Assembly (NCBI GenBank): GCA_044223585.1
Contig: JBGALW010000001.1
Span: 7,276-71,275 of the forward strand
DNA from: Amaricoccus sp.
Lineage (GTDB): Bacteria; Pseudomonadota; Alphaproteobacteria; Rhodobacterales; Rhodobacteraceae
DNA length: 64,000 bases
Direction of reading: 5' to 3'
Notes under the pieces: model-generated
What the model was told of the DNA's origin: nothing
Seen by the model: only the letters and a program-made list of their open reading frames with translations
Database searches by the model: none
Shown: positions 18,823-27,772 of the stretch, one piece after another
Layout of the letters: each line of letters starts with the position of its first letter
How positions within the stretch are numbered: the first letter of the stretch is position 1
Translations under genes and position numbers: made by a program

Positions 18823-19089
18823 ATGCGGACGCATTTCACCTTTCTCGCAAGCTCGTATCACGGCTGGCTGATCGTCACGCCGCACGAGCTGGCAGCGGTG
18901 GGGCTCACCGAGGCCGACATCACCCCCTACAGCTATCGGCGCGGTGACCACCTCGGGCTCGAGGAGGACGTGGACGCCCAGACCTTCCTCGAAGCCTACA
19001 AGGCCCGCGTCGGACGGGATGCCGAGATCATCGACGACCTCGGCTCCTGCGACACATGGGAGCCGTTCGGCAAGCGGCGCGACCATTGA
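18823..19089 (+). CDS. Hypothetical protein (88 aa; HGWL...YSY...LEEDVDA)
   Basis: RBS supplied by repeat copy 2; clean ORF. Confidence 0.75.
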   Translation: MRTHFTFLASSYHGWLIVTPHELAAVGLTEADITPYSYRRGDHLGLEEDVDAQTFLEAYKARVGRDAEIIDDLGSCDTWEPFGKRRDH

Positions 19090-19102
19090 GGGGAGTCGCG
19101 CG

Positions 19103-20355
19103 ATGAACATGCACGCCCCCGCCCTGCGCCGCCGCCTCGCCGACATTGTCGAGGAGTACGACGCCAAGCGCGCCGCCATCCCCGAGGCGCTCGCCGCCTA
19201 CGGGCGCGCCACCGCCGAGCTTTCCGCCGCCGCCTGCATCGGGACCGCCTACGGCGGCCCCCTGCTGCGCGACAGCTCCGGTCCCGCGCCGTGGGCGATG
19301 GAAGCGGCCCTCCTCAAGTCGGCGTGGCGCCACGTCTACGACGGTCTCAATGTCGTGGAGATCGCCCCGGCCGCCGACAAGCGGCGCTTCGAGCAGATGC
19401 TGGAGAAGCCCCCAGCCTTCACCCTCGCCGAGATCCGCGAGCGGTTCGGCGACTACCTGCTGAATCCGCGCCATCACATCCTTCGCGGTCTCGCCGAGGT
19501 CTTCTGTGGCCTCGATCCGGCCTATCGCTCGCACTCCAAGGTGAAGGTCGGCGTGGGCGGCCTGCCGAAGCGCGTTATCCTCAGCTCGGTCGGTGACTAT
19601 GGCGCCTGGGGCACCGATCGCCTGCGCGACGTCTTGAACGCGCTCGCCGCCTACCAGCGGTTGCTGCTCGTGACCTGGCCCGAGCTACGCGCCCTCCTCG
19701 ATGACGGCGAGGCCTGCCTCGCGGGCAAGGAGATCCGGCCGAGCTACGGCGAGCCCTTCCGCACCGTAGCGCGCGGCATCCGCCTGCGGCGCTTCGCCAA
19801 CGGGAACGGCCATGTGTTCTTCGAGGAGCCGACGCTCCGCGACATCAATCGCGCCCTCGCCGAATGGTATGGCGACGTGCTGCCCGACGTCGAGGACGAC
19901 GCGCCCGGGCGGCCCCGGGCCGGGACGGCGGTGGCGCGCGACCTGCAGTATTACCCGACCCCTGCCCCGCTCGCCCGGCGGATCGTCGACGGCCTCGGCC
20001 GCATCGCCGGCGACCGGGTCCTCGAGCCGTCCTGCGGCTGCGGCCGGCTGCTCGACGCCATGCGCCACGCTGGCGCCAAGGTCTTCGGGATCGAGGTCGA
20101 CCCTGCGCGGGCCGAAGAGAGCCGGGCGAAGGGCCATTCCGTGCAGCGGGCCAATACGCCCGCCATGTCGAGCATGCGCTCCGCTACCTGCATCCGAACG
20201 GCGTCCTCACCGCGATCCTGCCGGCGACGGCGCGCTATGACCACGGCCTCCTCTCCGGCTCCTGGGAGGACCTCCCCGTCGGCGCGTTCAGCGCGAGCGG
20301 CACCAACGTCAACACCTGCGTCCTGACTCTGCGCCGGCCCCCGGACCCCTCCTGA
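19103..20355 (+). pseudogene. DUF4942-like plus SAM-dependent methyltransferase, frameshifted near 20153
   Basis: FANGNGHVFF, DLQYYPTP, VLEPSCGCGRLL; the C-terminus (YARHVEHAL...LPVGAFSASGTNVNT) is in another frame; the expected NPPF-type motif is absent. Confidence 0.72.
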
Positions 20356-20402
20356 CCCTCGGCCGGGGCAACCTACCTCCCCTGCCCCTGCCCATTTTCG
20401 TC

Positions 20403-20520
20403 GTTCAAATATCCTCGGGGGGTGCCGGGGGGCAGACGGCCCCCCGGCTTCGACATCGGCCACCCGCGATGCCGCCGGGAAACCTGGCGCGCGAGCTGCG
20501 GAGATCGCCTTCGGCGATCG
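20403..20520. repeat. GC-rich hairpin cluster including a partial copy of the first hairpin of the leading-region repeat
   Basis: GCCGGGGGGC-AGACG-GCCCCCCGGC and GATCGCC-TTC-GGCGATC (20503-20519). Confidence 0.4.
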
Positions 20521-20611
20521 AGGGGTTTGCCGGCGGGCGGCGGTCGCGCGCACCGCTTGTTAGGGGATCGCCGGCGAGGATCGTCGGAAGGCAGAACGGT
20601 AGGGAGCGGCA

Positions 20612-21118
20612 GTGTGCATCATCGGGTTCGTGGCGCAGGCGGTGATGGCGGTCGGCGTCATGCTGACGACCGGCGTGCCGGCGAGCGCGACCGAGGCGTT
20701 GCGCCGTGATGCCGAGATCATCGGGGTCGCCAGCGTGATCGACGGCGATACCCTCGAGATCCACGATCGGCGGATCCGGCTCGACGGCATCGACGCACCG
20801 GAGTCGGTGCAGCTCTGCCTGCGCGAAGGCCGGAAGGAGCGCTGCGGGCAGAGGTCGGCGTTCTTCCTCGCCGATCTGATCGGGCAAGGGACGGTGCGGT
20901 GCGTTCCGCACGACGTCGATCGCTACGGGCGGGACATCGCGACCTGCTGGCTGGGTGATGTGAACCTCAACGAGCGGATGGTCGCGACCGGCCAGGCCGT
21001 GGCCTACCGGAAGTATTCGAAACGGTACGTCGCGGCCGAGGGTGAGGCGGAGGCGGCGGGCCTCGGGATCTGGTCGACCCGGTTCGAGATGCCCTGGGAC
21101 TATCGTTGGGCGCATTAG
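20612..21118 (+). CDS. Thermonuclease (SNase-like) with a signal peptide
   Basis: VIDGDTLEI, IRLDGIDAPE, DRYGR, LGIW...PWDYR. Confidence 0.9.
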   Translation: MCIIGFVAQAVMAVGVMLTTGVPASATEALRRDAEIIGVASVIDGDTLEIHDRRIRLDGIDAPESVQLCLREGRKERCGQRSAFFLADLIGQGTVRCVPHDVDRYGRDIATCWLGDVNLNERMVATGQAVAYRKYSKRYVAAEGEAEAAGLGIWSTRFEMPWDYRWAH

Positions 21119-21194
21119 CGAAGGCGCGAGGTCGGCATTGAGCGGTTGCACGGCGATGCCTTAGGGTCTGGCCCGGGGGGACTGGGGAGCGGCC

Positions 21195-21380
21195 GTGCGG
21201 TTCATTGTGGTTGTTGCGGCGATGTTAGCGGCGCCGGGGGTGGCGTCGGCAAGGGACTACGATTGCGGCGATTTCTCGACGCAAACCGAGGCGCAGCGGG
21301 TCTACGAGGATGCTGGTCCGGGAGACCCCTATCGGCTCGATCGCGATCACGACGGGGTCGCCTGCGAAACCCTGCCCTGA
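21195..21380 (+). CDS. Excalibur calcium-binding domain protein (secreted)
   Basis: Signal peptide, then [14 protein letters not shown]...[17 protein letters not shown]. Confidence 0.85.
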   Translation: MRFIVVVAAMLAAPGVASARDYDCGDFSTQTEAQRVYEDAGPGDPYRLDRDHDGVACETLP

Positions 21381-21828
21381 CGGAAGCACGAGGGCGCGTC
21401 CCGGCCGCGGCCGGGACCGGGCTCTACTCGGCCGTGCCGGCCTCCCCGAGCCGGCAAGCCGTCTCGGCCCATTCGGGTGACGATCCCTCGCGCGAGGCCC
21501 CTGCCCTGCCCCGGCGCGGATGGTCGAAGCGTCGGCCGATCCAGTCGTCCGATCCGGTGATCGACGTCACCTTGGGGGTTCTGGTCGGACAGTGCGAAGA
21601 GCTCCGAGCTGGGTCCGGCGCCAGGTCGGTCGATCGGGCCGTGATGGTTTCACCTCGTGGCTTCGGGCGGCGTGCTCGACGGTGCCTGTGATGACGGGTT
21701 CTCGGCGATGCCGCTGCGCCGTTCAGCGGGGAGGTGCAGGCCGTCGACCGAGCCACGGTCAGCCTCCTGTTTCGCAGCGATGACACCCTCGCGGATCGCG
21801 GCCAGGGCGTGCCCGGCGCGGACGCGCC

Positions 21829-21881
21829 GGCAACCACGAATACGGCTTCCCCTTCGCGGACCCTCCGCATTCGCGGTTGCC
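21829..21881 (+). promoter_or_regulatory. Long imperfect hairpin upstream of a small leading-region gene
   Basis: GGCAACC-A-CGAAT-A-CGG ... CCG-C-ATTCG-C-GGTTGCC. Confidence 0.45.
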
Positions 21882-21935
21882 CCCTGCCCTCTTCCGATCC
21901 GCCTGCCGGTCGTCACCGAAACAATGGAGGCTGAC

Positions 21936-22157
21936 ATGACCCGCTACGTCCTTACCGTCCCCTACACCTTCGAGCGCAACGGCCAGACCGAGACCCGCTT
22001 CCGCCGGGTCGGCGCGATCTTCGAGAACGCCCGCCGCGAGACCGGCGAGGTCTTCCTCTCGGTGAAGCTCGACTTCCCCGTCGCCGTCACCGAGCTCGTC
22101 GGCTTCCCGCCCCGGCCGGAGGACGATCCGGCTTCGGACGAGGTCACGCAGTCCTGA
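21936..22157 (+). CDS. Small beta-rich protein (possible DUF736/PC4-like ssDNA-binding protein)
   Basis: GGAGG RBS; RFRRVGAIFEN...LSVKLDFP with an acidic tail; followed by a terminator hairpin. Confidence 0.6.
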   Translation: MTRYVLTVPYTFERNGQTETRFRRVGAIFENARRETGEVFLSVKLDFPVAVTELVGFPPRPEDDPASDEVTQS

Positions 22158-22167
22158 TCGATCTCGG

Positions 22168-22196
22168 AGGGCGGCCAGTCGGCCGCCCTCTTTCTC
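22168..22196 (+). terminator. Rho-independent terminator
   Basis: GAGGGCGGCC-AGTC-GGCCGCCCTC-TTTCT. Confidence 0.6.
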
Positions 22197-22213
22197 GTTC
22201 TCGGGACCGCGCC

Positions 22214-22261
22214 GAATCGAGGAATTGCGGAAGTCAGGTAGTGAGGAAATGAAGCGGTGAT
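22214..22261 (+). repeat. Degenerate 8-bp tandem array
   Basis: GAATCGAG-GAATTGCG-GAAGTCAG-GTAGTGAG-GAAATGAA-GCGGTGAT. Confidence 0.5.
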
Positions 22262-22634
22262 CGCCGTTGGCGATCGCGGTGTTCAAGGCCAGGTCCGGGG
22301 ATCGACGGGCCGAGGCCCGCTCACCCCCGCCCTGACGACTTTGCCATGCATGACGTCCGCCCAGCATCCGGGCGATCGCGCGTCAACCGGCAAGCGGCGG
22401 CCAGGGCCGCCAGCTCCGCCGCCCCCCGTGTCCTCGCCTGCGGCTGCGGGCCGCGCCACGGGGCGTCTCCGCCCGGTTGACCCGCGCTCACCCGGCCGCG
22501 GGTCGGGCAGCGCCCTCCCCGCTCTGCCCACCCGGGAAATGCGGAGAGCATTTCCGGTCGGTCGACCGGGAGGCGCCGCCCAGACGGTGGGCCGAGGGCA
22601 GAAAGATCCCGGCCGCTCCACCACGAAGGAGACG
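22257..22634 (+). repeat. Structured leading-region repeat, copy 3 (more diverged)
   Basis: Same stems with different loops; ends in GAAGGAGAC RBS before ardC. Confidence 0.85.
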
Positions 22635-22637
22635 GAC

Positions 22638-23534
22638 ATGACCGGCAAGTTCGACGCGCAGCAGGAAGTCACCGACCGTATCATCGCGGCGATCGAGGCC
22701 GGCACGCCGCCGTGGCGGAAGCCGTGGACCGGAGACCGGGGCGGTGCGGCCTTTCCGCTGCGGGCCTGCGGCGAGCCCTACCGCGGGATCAACGTCATCC
22801 TGCTCTGGCTCGAGGCCGACGCGAAGGGTTACGCCTCGCCGCATTGGTTCACCTACCGCCAGGCGCAGGAGTTGGGTGCCCAGGTCAGGAAAGGCGAGAA
22901 GTCGGCGCCGGTCATCAAGTTCGGCACTTTCGACACCGAGAAGGCCGAGCCGGCGAACGAGGATGCCGCCACGCGCAAGGTGATGTTCACCAAGCTCTAC
23001 CACGTCTTCAACGCCGACCAGATCGACGGACTGCCGGAGAGCTACTATCGCCGGCCCGAGCCGGCCCGCGACCTCGGGACCGAGCCGGACGCCGAGCTGG
23101 AGGCCTTCTTCGCGGCGACAGGGGCTGTCATCGAGACCAGCAACGACCCGCGCGCCTACTACAACCCGGTGGCCGATCGCATCCACATGCCGCCGGTCGG
23201 CACCTTTGAGTCGGCCGGCGCCTACTACGCGACCCTGGCCCACGAGGCGACGCACTGGACCGGGCACGGCAGCCGCCTCGACCGCATCAAGAAGTTCGCT
23301 GACCGGAAGGCCTACGCCTTCGAGGAGCTCGTCGCCGAGCTAGGCAACGTCATCCTCTGCACGCACCTCGGACTCACCCCGGACTTCGAGCAGAGCGGCG
23401 CCTACGTCGAGAGCTGGCTGAAGGCGCTGAAGGAAGACAAGCGGGCGATCTTCCGCGCTGCGGCCGAGGGGCAGAAGGCGGCGGACCTGCTGCTGGCGCT
23501 TGCCGGCGTCGACGAGAAGGAGGCGGCCGCGTAG
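22638..23534 (+). CDS. ardC: ArdC-like antirestriction protein (ssDNA-binding plus zincin domain)
   Basis: PPWRKPW, YRGINVILLW, WFTYRQA...VRKGEK, HEATHWTG, YAFEELVAELG. Confidence 0.92.
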   Translation: MTGKFDAQQEVTDRIIAAIEAGTPPWRKPWTGDRGGAAFPLRACGEPYRGINVILLWLEADAKGYASPHWFTYRQAQELGAQVRKGEKSAPVIKFGTFDTEKAEPANEDAATRKVMFTKLYHVFNADQIDGLPESYYRRPEPARDLGTEPDAELEAFFAATGAVIETSNDPRAYYNPVADRIHMPPVGTFESAGAYYATLAHEATHWTGHGSRLDRIKKFADRKAYAFEELVAELGNVILCTHLGLTPDFEQSGAYVESWLKALKEDKRAIFRAAAEGQKAADLLLALAGVDEKEAAA

Positions 23535-23562
23535 CGGCCCCCTGCCCTACCCTGGAAAATTC

Positions 23563-23583
23563 GGGGCGCCTTCGGCGCCCCTC
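23563..23583. terminator. Hairpin between the convergent ardC and virC2 genes
   Basis: GGGGCGCC-TTC-GGCGCCCC. Confidence 0.5.
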
Positions 23584-23589
23584 TTCGCG

Positions 23590-24297
23590 TCAGCCATGCT
23601 TCCGGAGGTAGCGCGACAAGGCAGAGGTAGCGAGAGCAGCACCAAGTGACGACGGCCGCATCAGGTCATGCGGGTCGATGCTCGCGCGAAGCTTTTCGAG
23701 CGTTGCAACGTCCATGGTTCGAGAGGTGCTGATCCGGTCTCCCTTGCGCTCCATCTTGTACTCTTCCAACCGCACAGTCTCACCGCGGGCCGCAGCGGCT
23801 TCGAGGTCGTCGAAGGCCTTCGCGAGCAGCAGAGGGACGGCCCTCCGCGGAGGCATCGACTCTATGACGCGATCATAGAACGGGAACACGCCGCTGGCGG
23901 GCGCAGTAAAATTGATCTTCAGGGTCACGCGGCCCGTCTCGGACGGAGGAACGCTAGGTGCCACGCTTCGGATTGGCCGGGTGCTTGGCGCGGCCCGCGG
24001 CTTACGTCGCTCGCGCGCCGCAGCTACTGGATTGCTAGCTTCGGGTTGCGCCGGATCGACGGGGGCCTCAGGCAGTGGCTTCTCGTCACGGCCTTCGGCA
24101 GATGCGTGCCCCGCGGCTTCGGGCGCTGCGATCGATCCGAGGGTTTCATCGCGAGCGCCGCCGCTGTCAGGCTCCGGAAGCTCCACGGTGGGCGCGTCAT
24201 CCGACAGGTCGCGATTGGTCGGCGAGCCTCGCTTGGCCTGAACCTGTTGCCGAAGAAGATCGTAGCCCCTGGTGGGGAGACGGACTTCGCGCTTCAT
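23590..24297 (-). CDS. virC2: VirC2-like relaxosome accessory protein
   Basis: Disordered N-terminal half; C-terminal ISTSRTM...IDPHDL...LGAALATSALSRY resembles the VirC2 RHH domain; ATGA-coupled to virC1. Confidence 0.68.
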   Translation of the reverse strand: MKREVRLPTRGYDLLRQQVQAKRGSPTNRDLSDDAPTVELPEPDSGGARDETLGSIAAPEAAGHASAEGRDEKPLPEAPVDPAQPEASNPVAAARERRKPRAAPSTRPIRSVAPSVPPSETGRVTLKINFTAPASGVFPFYDRVIESMPPRRAVPLLLAKAFDDLEAAAARGETVRLEEYKMERKGDRISTSRTMDVATLEKLRASIDPHDLMRPSSLGAALATSALSRYLRKHG

Positions 24298-24992
24298 GAC
24301 ACCGGCTCCAGAATAGAAGTGATCTCGTCCGCGAACTGCGCGGCCTCTTTCATAGCGCTTCGGAAATGTGTTGCCAGTATCGGGGATTGGGACGCCCTCT
24401 TGGCAAGGGAGAGATGAAGCATGCCGGTATCTTCTATACCGGCTAGGGCGTCGCGTTCTCGAATGATAGTCTGAAAGAGCGGGAAGTCAGAAAGCTTGTC
24501 CAACGTTTCCTGACGCGACTTGTTTAGTGCCAAAGGGAAGCGGGTTACGAGGATGGCAATCAGAAGGGAGCTCTCCAGGCCCTCGGCTCTCCGCAACTCA
24601 TCGAGGAAAGCAACCGTGTCGATGCATCGCGGGATGTCGGCTGCGGTAATTGCGGTCGGAACGATCACCAGGGAGCTGTTCACGATCGCTGCGTTGTTCA
24701 ACTCCGAGCCGCCCCCCTGCGTGTCGATCAGGAGGTAGTCGTTGCCGGCCGCCTCGGCCGCGACGATCGACTCGAGGAGAAGCTGCGGCGATCCCCCAGG
24801 GTAGATCTTGCATGCCTCGTCCCAGGTTTCTTCTTTTCGGGCATTTTCCCGCCACTGGCCCAGTGGGGCGTTCTCGTCGGACTCGATGAGGGCGACGGGT
24901 TTGCGTAGGGCCAGGAGTGCCGAACACAACATCTCCAGGGCGGTAGTCTTCCCTGCCCCGCCTTTGAACGAGACGAAACTCACGACTTCCAT
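24294..24992 (-). CDS. virC1: VirC1-like ParA ATPase
   Basis: SFKGGAGKTTAL, LIDTQGGGSELNNAAI, IRERDAL. Confidence 0.82.
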   Translation of the reverse strand: MEVVSFVSFKGGAGKTTALEMLCSALLALRKPVALIESDENAPLGQWRENARKEETWDEACKIYPGGSPQLLLESIVAAEAAGNDYLLIDTQGGGSELNNAAIVNSSLVIVPTAITAADIPRCIDTVAFLDELRRAEGLESSLLIAILVTRFPLALNKSRQETLDKLSDFPLFQTIIRERDALAGIEDTGMLHLSLAKRASQSPILATHFRSAMKEAAQFADEITSILEPVS

Positions 24993-25066
24993 CTGCCTGC
25001 CTCTGTCTAGCTCCCGCGCGTTGAGGGATGCGAGGGTTTGAGGGCGTCAGGATATGCGGCTGCAAG

Positions 25067-25431
25067 GCGGTGAGGCAATGGGAATGTGAGGCGAACTCGG
25101 TAGTGCGGCAATGAGGAAACGCCGCAGTCTGAGGAGTGGGGCAGTCAGGTAGAGAGTGAGTGGTGGAGTAAGGTATTCGGGAAACAAAGGAGTGAGGTGA
25201 AGCGGAAATGAAGCAAGGCTGGATCGAGGCAAATCAGGCAGTAAGGCAATGAGGGGATGTGGGGGCGCGTAAATCAGCCAACCAGAACCCGAAGGTATGT
25301 AGGGAGTGTGTGGTCGTCCAGCATGGGGGACTCAGGATTTGAGGAAATGAGGCGTTTTGAAAAGAAGGGATTCAGTAAAAGGGGGTGGCGACATGCACGG
25401 TTTCGGGTCGGCGAGGGAATGAGGGAGTCAG
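25067..25431 (+). repeat. Extended degenerate 8-bp periodic purine-rich array next to oriT
   Basis: From 25141: GCAGTCAG-GTAGAGAG-TGAGTGGT-GGAGTAAG-GTATTCGG-GAAACAAA-GGAGTGAG-GTGAAGCG-GAAATGAA; further units at 25328-25351 and 25416-25431. Confidence 0.55.
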
Positions 25432-25481
25432 GCAGGGTCAAACGAGGCTTGAAGTGGGAAGGATGGGTTGGGTAAGATGGG

Positions 25482-25506
25482 TGGCAGGATATATATAAAT
25501 GTAACA
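25482..25506 (+). other. oriT nick site resembling an Agrobacterium T-DNA border
   Basis: TGGCAGGATATAT-ATAAA-TGTAACA between the divergent virC and mobC/relaxase operons. Confidence 0.78.
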
Positions 25507-25514
25507 CAGAAATC

Positions 25515-26048
25515 ATGAGCACGCCAACCCCAACCCGCCGACGCAAAAAGGCCGGGCTCAACCCGGAGCAGCCGCCGGAAGCGGCTGAACGACGAATGAT
25601 CCGCGGCCGGTGGCAAGATCCCGAGCGGGCAAAGAAGGAGCCCCGCGCCGACAGAACGTTCTCGGTGCGGTTGACCGAGGCGGAACTGGCCGAGCTCGAT
25701 GCCCAGATCGAGGGCTCGGGTCTCAACCGGAACCGCGCGCTGCGGATCGCCGCGCGTCGGATCGGCGGCTTCCTGGAGGTCGACGGCGAGACAGTTGAGG
25801 CGCTGCGGTCGATCAATCGGCAGCTCGCCGGCGTCGCGACGAACATCAACCAGATCGCGCATTCGGCCAATCGGACCCACGATCCCGACTACCGCGCCTT
25901 CATGGCGCAGCGCGCCGAGCTCGGGCGGATCCTGATCGAGACCCGCGGCGCCTTGCAGCGGATCCTCGATCTTGGGGCTCGTCGCGAGGATGGGCTCGCA
26001 CGGCTGAAGGCAGCGGCCGAGCAGGGCAGGGCAGGGGGGTCGGAATGA
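25515..26048 (+). CDS. mobC: MobC-family relaxosome protein (start may be 25596)
   Basis: FSVRLTEAE RHH strand; LAGVATNINQIAHSAN MobC motif. Confidence 0.85.
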   Translation: MSTPTPTRRRKKAGLNPEQPPEAAERRMIRGRWQDPERAKKEPRADRTFSVRLTEAELAELDAQIEGSGLNRNRALRIAARRIGGFLEVDGETVEALRSINRQLAGVATNINQIAHSANRTHDPDYRAFMAQRAELGRILIETRGALQRILDLGARREDGLARLKAAAEQGRAGGSE

Positions 26049-27772
26049 GCGTCGTCTCCGTCCCCGAGCTGCTTCGCCGAGGCGCGCAGGCGCCGGCCGG
26101 GGTGTCGGCGGTCGAGGCGGTGATGGGCGAGGACTGGGCGCATCTGGAGCTTGGCCGGGGCAGCGCCGAGCGGCGGCTGACCTATGGCGAGGCCCGTCGG
26201 ACCGGCGTGCGCCGCCGCGCGGCGATCGGCGGGGTGCTGGCGCCGAACCCGCAGGCGCTGGTCAAGCTGATCGGGACTGGCGGGGCCGCGAACGTCCGGG
26301 GGCTGAAGGCCCAGATGAGCTATCTGAGCCGCCAGGGGGACGTGCCGCTGGTGTCGTCGGAGAGCACGTTCGGCACCGAGCTCGGCGCCGGCGATGCCGA
26401 GCAGCTGGCGGCGGCCTGGGGGCTGCCCGAGGCGGACCGCGGCGGGGCCGATCGGACCTCGCACTTCGTGGTCAGTTTCCCGCAGGGGACGGACCCGGAG
26501 GCGGCGGAGCGGGCAGGGCGGGCGTGGGCGGCGGCGCTGTTCGACAGCGGCGCCTATGGCGATCGCTGGGACTACTACACCGCCTTCCACAAGGACACGG
26601 CCTATCCGCACATCCACGTCGTCGTCGGCCGGCGCGGACTTGACGAGGGGGAATGGCTCCGGGTGTCGTCGCGGGGGATGCTCACCTTCGACCGGCTGCG
26701 CGAGGTCCAGGTCGAGGTGGCGGCGCGCGAGAGGATCGCGCTGACCGGGACCACCCGGTTGTCGCGCGGCGTCCATGATCGGCCGGTGCCCGATGCCGAG
26801 TACCGGCGAGCGCGGGCGGAGGGTCGCGAGGCGGTGCCGCCGGCGCATAGCGAGGCTTCGGCGATTGTCACCGCGGCCGAGATCCTCGACTACGCCCGGG
26901 ACTACCAGGGCGCCGCGGCGGCGATCGCCGGAGAGGCGCCGGAGCTCGCCGATAAGCTCGACGCCGCGGCTGAGACCATCCTTGCGGGCCGGGCGCTCGC
27001 GGTGGAGCGCGAGGCGGCGCCCAGACTGACACCACAGGAGGCCATGCGCATGGCGGAGACGATCGAAACGGTCCAGGCCGAGGTGCGGCAGAACTTCGTC
27101 GAACTCGAGGCGGACATCCGGGGCGTCGAGGATCCGGCAAAGCGGGCGGAATTCCTGCGCGACCTGGCCGGGCTGAAGGCGGAGGCGGCACCGCTGATCC
27201 GCGACGACATGGGGCTGCAGGGCTATCGGACGGACGTGCCGCACGCGGACTACCGCGGCCTGGATGTACCCGCCGGAGACGCGCGGGCAGCCGCGGTAAA
27301 GGCCGAGGCAGACCGGGAGGTCGCCCGGCTGGCGGAGCGCTTCGGGCTGCAGCCGGAAGCGACGCTGGCGCGCTTCTCGGCCGAGAGTGTCTCGGTCGGC
27401 CTCGGGCGCGACTATCGCGCCGAGGAGTTGGCCGAGCGGGCTGCGGACCGGGCGGCACGCGGCCAGCCAGCCGAGCGGGTCGACGAGGCGGCGGCGCAGC
27501 TCGCCGACTTCCACGCCCGGGCCGGTGCGATCTACCGGGAGGCGGTGGAGCGCGTGCGCGAACTGGAGCGGGAGGATCCGCGCGGCAAGTCGGAGTCGGA
27601 GCGGCGCGAGATCACCCGCAGCCGTGGCGAGGTTCCGAAAGCGGACGATCGCACCGGCTCCGAGAGCGAGCGTCGCGGCGAGCAAGGTCGCGATGATGGC
27701 GCCGACGCACGGAAGGGGCCGGCGCGGCCGTCGAGTCGTCGCTCGCGGGATGACGACGACCGGAGCCGGTGA
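26045..27772 (+). CDS. virD2: VirD2-like MOBP relaxase
   Basis: YLSRQG (catalytic Tyr), SHFVVSFPQG, FHKDTAYPHIHVVV (HUH). Confidence 0.88.
   Translation: MSVVSVPELLRRGAQAPAGVSAVEAVMGEDWAHLELGRGSAERRLTYGEARRTGVRRRAAIGGVLAPNPQALVKLIGTGGAANVRGLKAQMSYLSRQGDVPLVSSESTFGTELGAGDAEQLAAAWGLPEADRGGADRTSHFVVSFPQGTDPEAAERAGRAWAAALFDSGAYGDRWDYYTAFHKDTAYPHIHVVVGRRGLDEGEWLRVSSRGMLTFDRLREVQVEVAARERIALTGTTRLSRGVHDRPVPDAEYRRARAEGREAVPPAHSEASAIVTAAEILDYARDYQGAAAAIAGEAPELADKLDAAAETILAGRALAVEREAAPRLTPQEAMRMAETIETVQAEVRQNFVELEADIRGVEDPAKRAEFLRDLAGLKAEAAPLIRDDMGLQGYRTDVPHADYRGLDVPAGDARAAAVKAEADREVARLAERFGLQPEATLARFSAESVSVGLGRDYRAEELAERAADRAARGQPAERVDEAAAQLADFHARAGAIYREAVERVRELEREDPRGKSESERREITRSRGEVPKADDRTGSESERRGEQGRDDGADARKGPARPSSRRSRDDDDRSR

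Noticed and set aside
17040-18947. Similar-looking Arg/Pro/Ala-rich ORFs spanning the repeats, and the N-terminal extension of the ardC ORF
   Set aside because: These are translations of the GC-rich non-coding repeat; frames differ between copies and the real starts follow the AAGGAG RBS.
17124-22634. CRISPR array or MITE/IS copies
   Set aside because: The repeats are ~380 bp and separated by genes, with no cas genes, terminal inverted repeats or target duplications.
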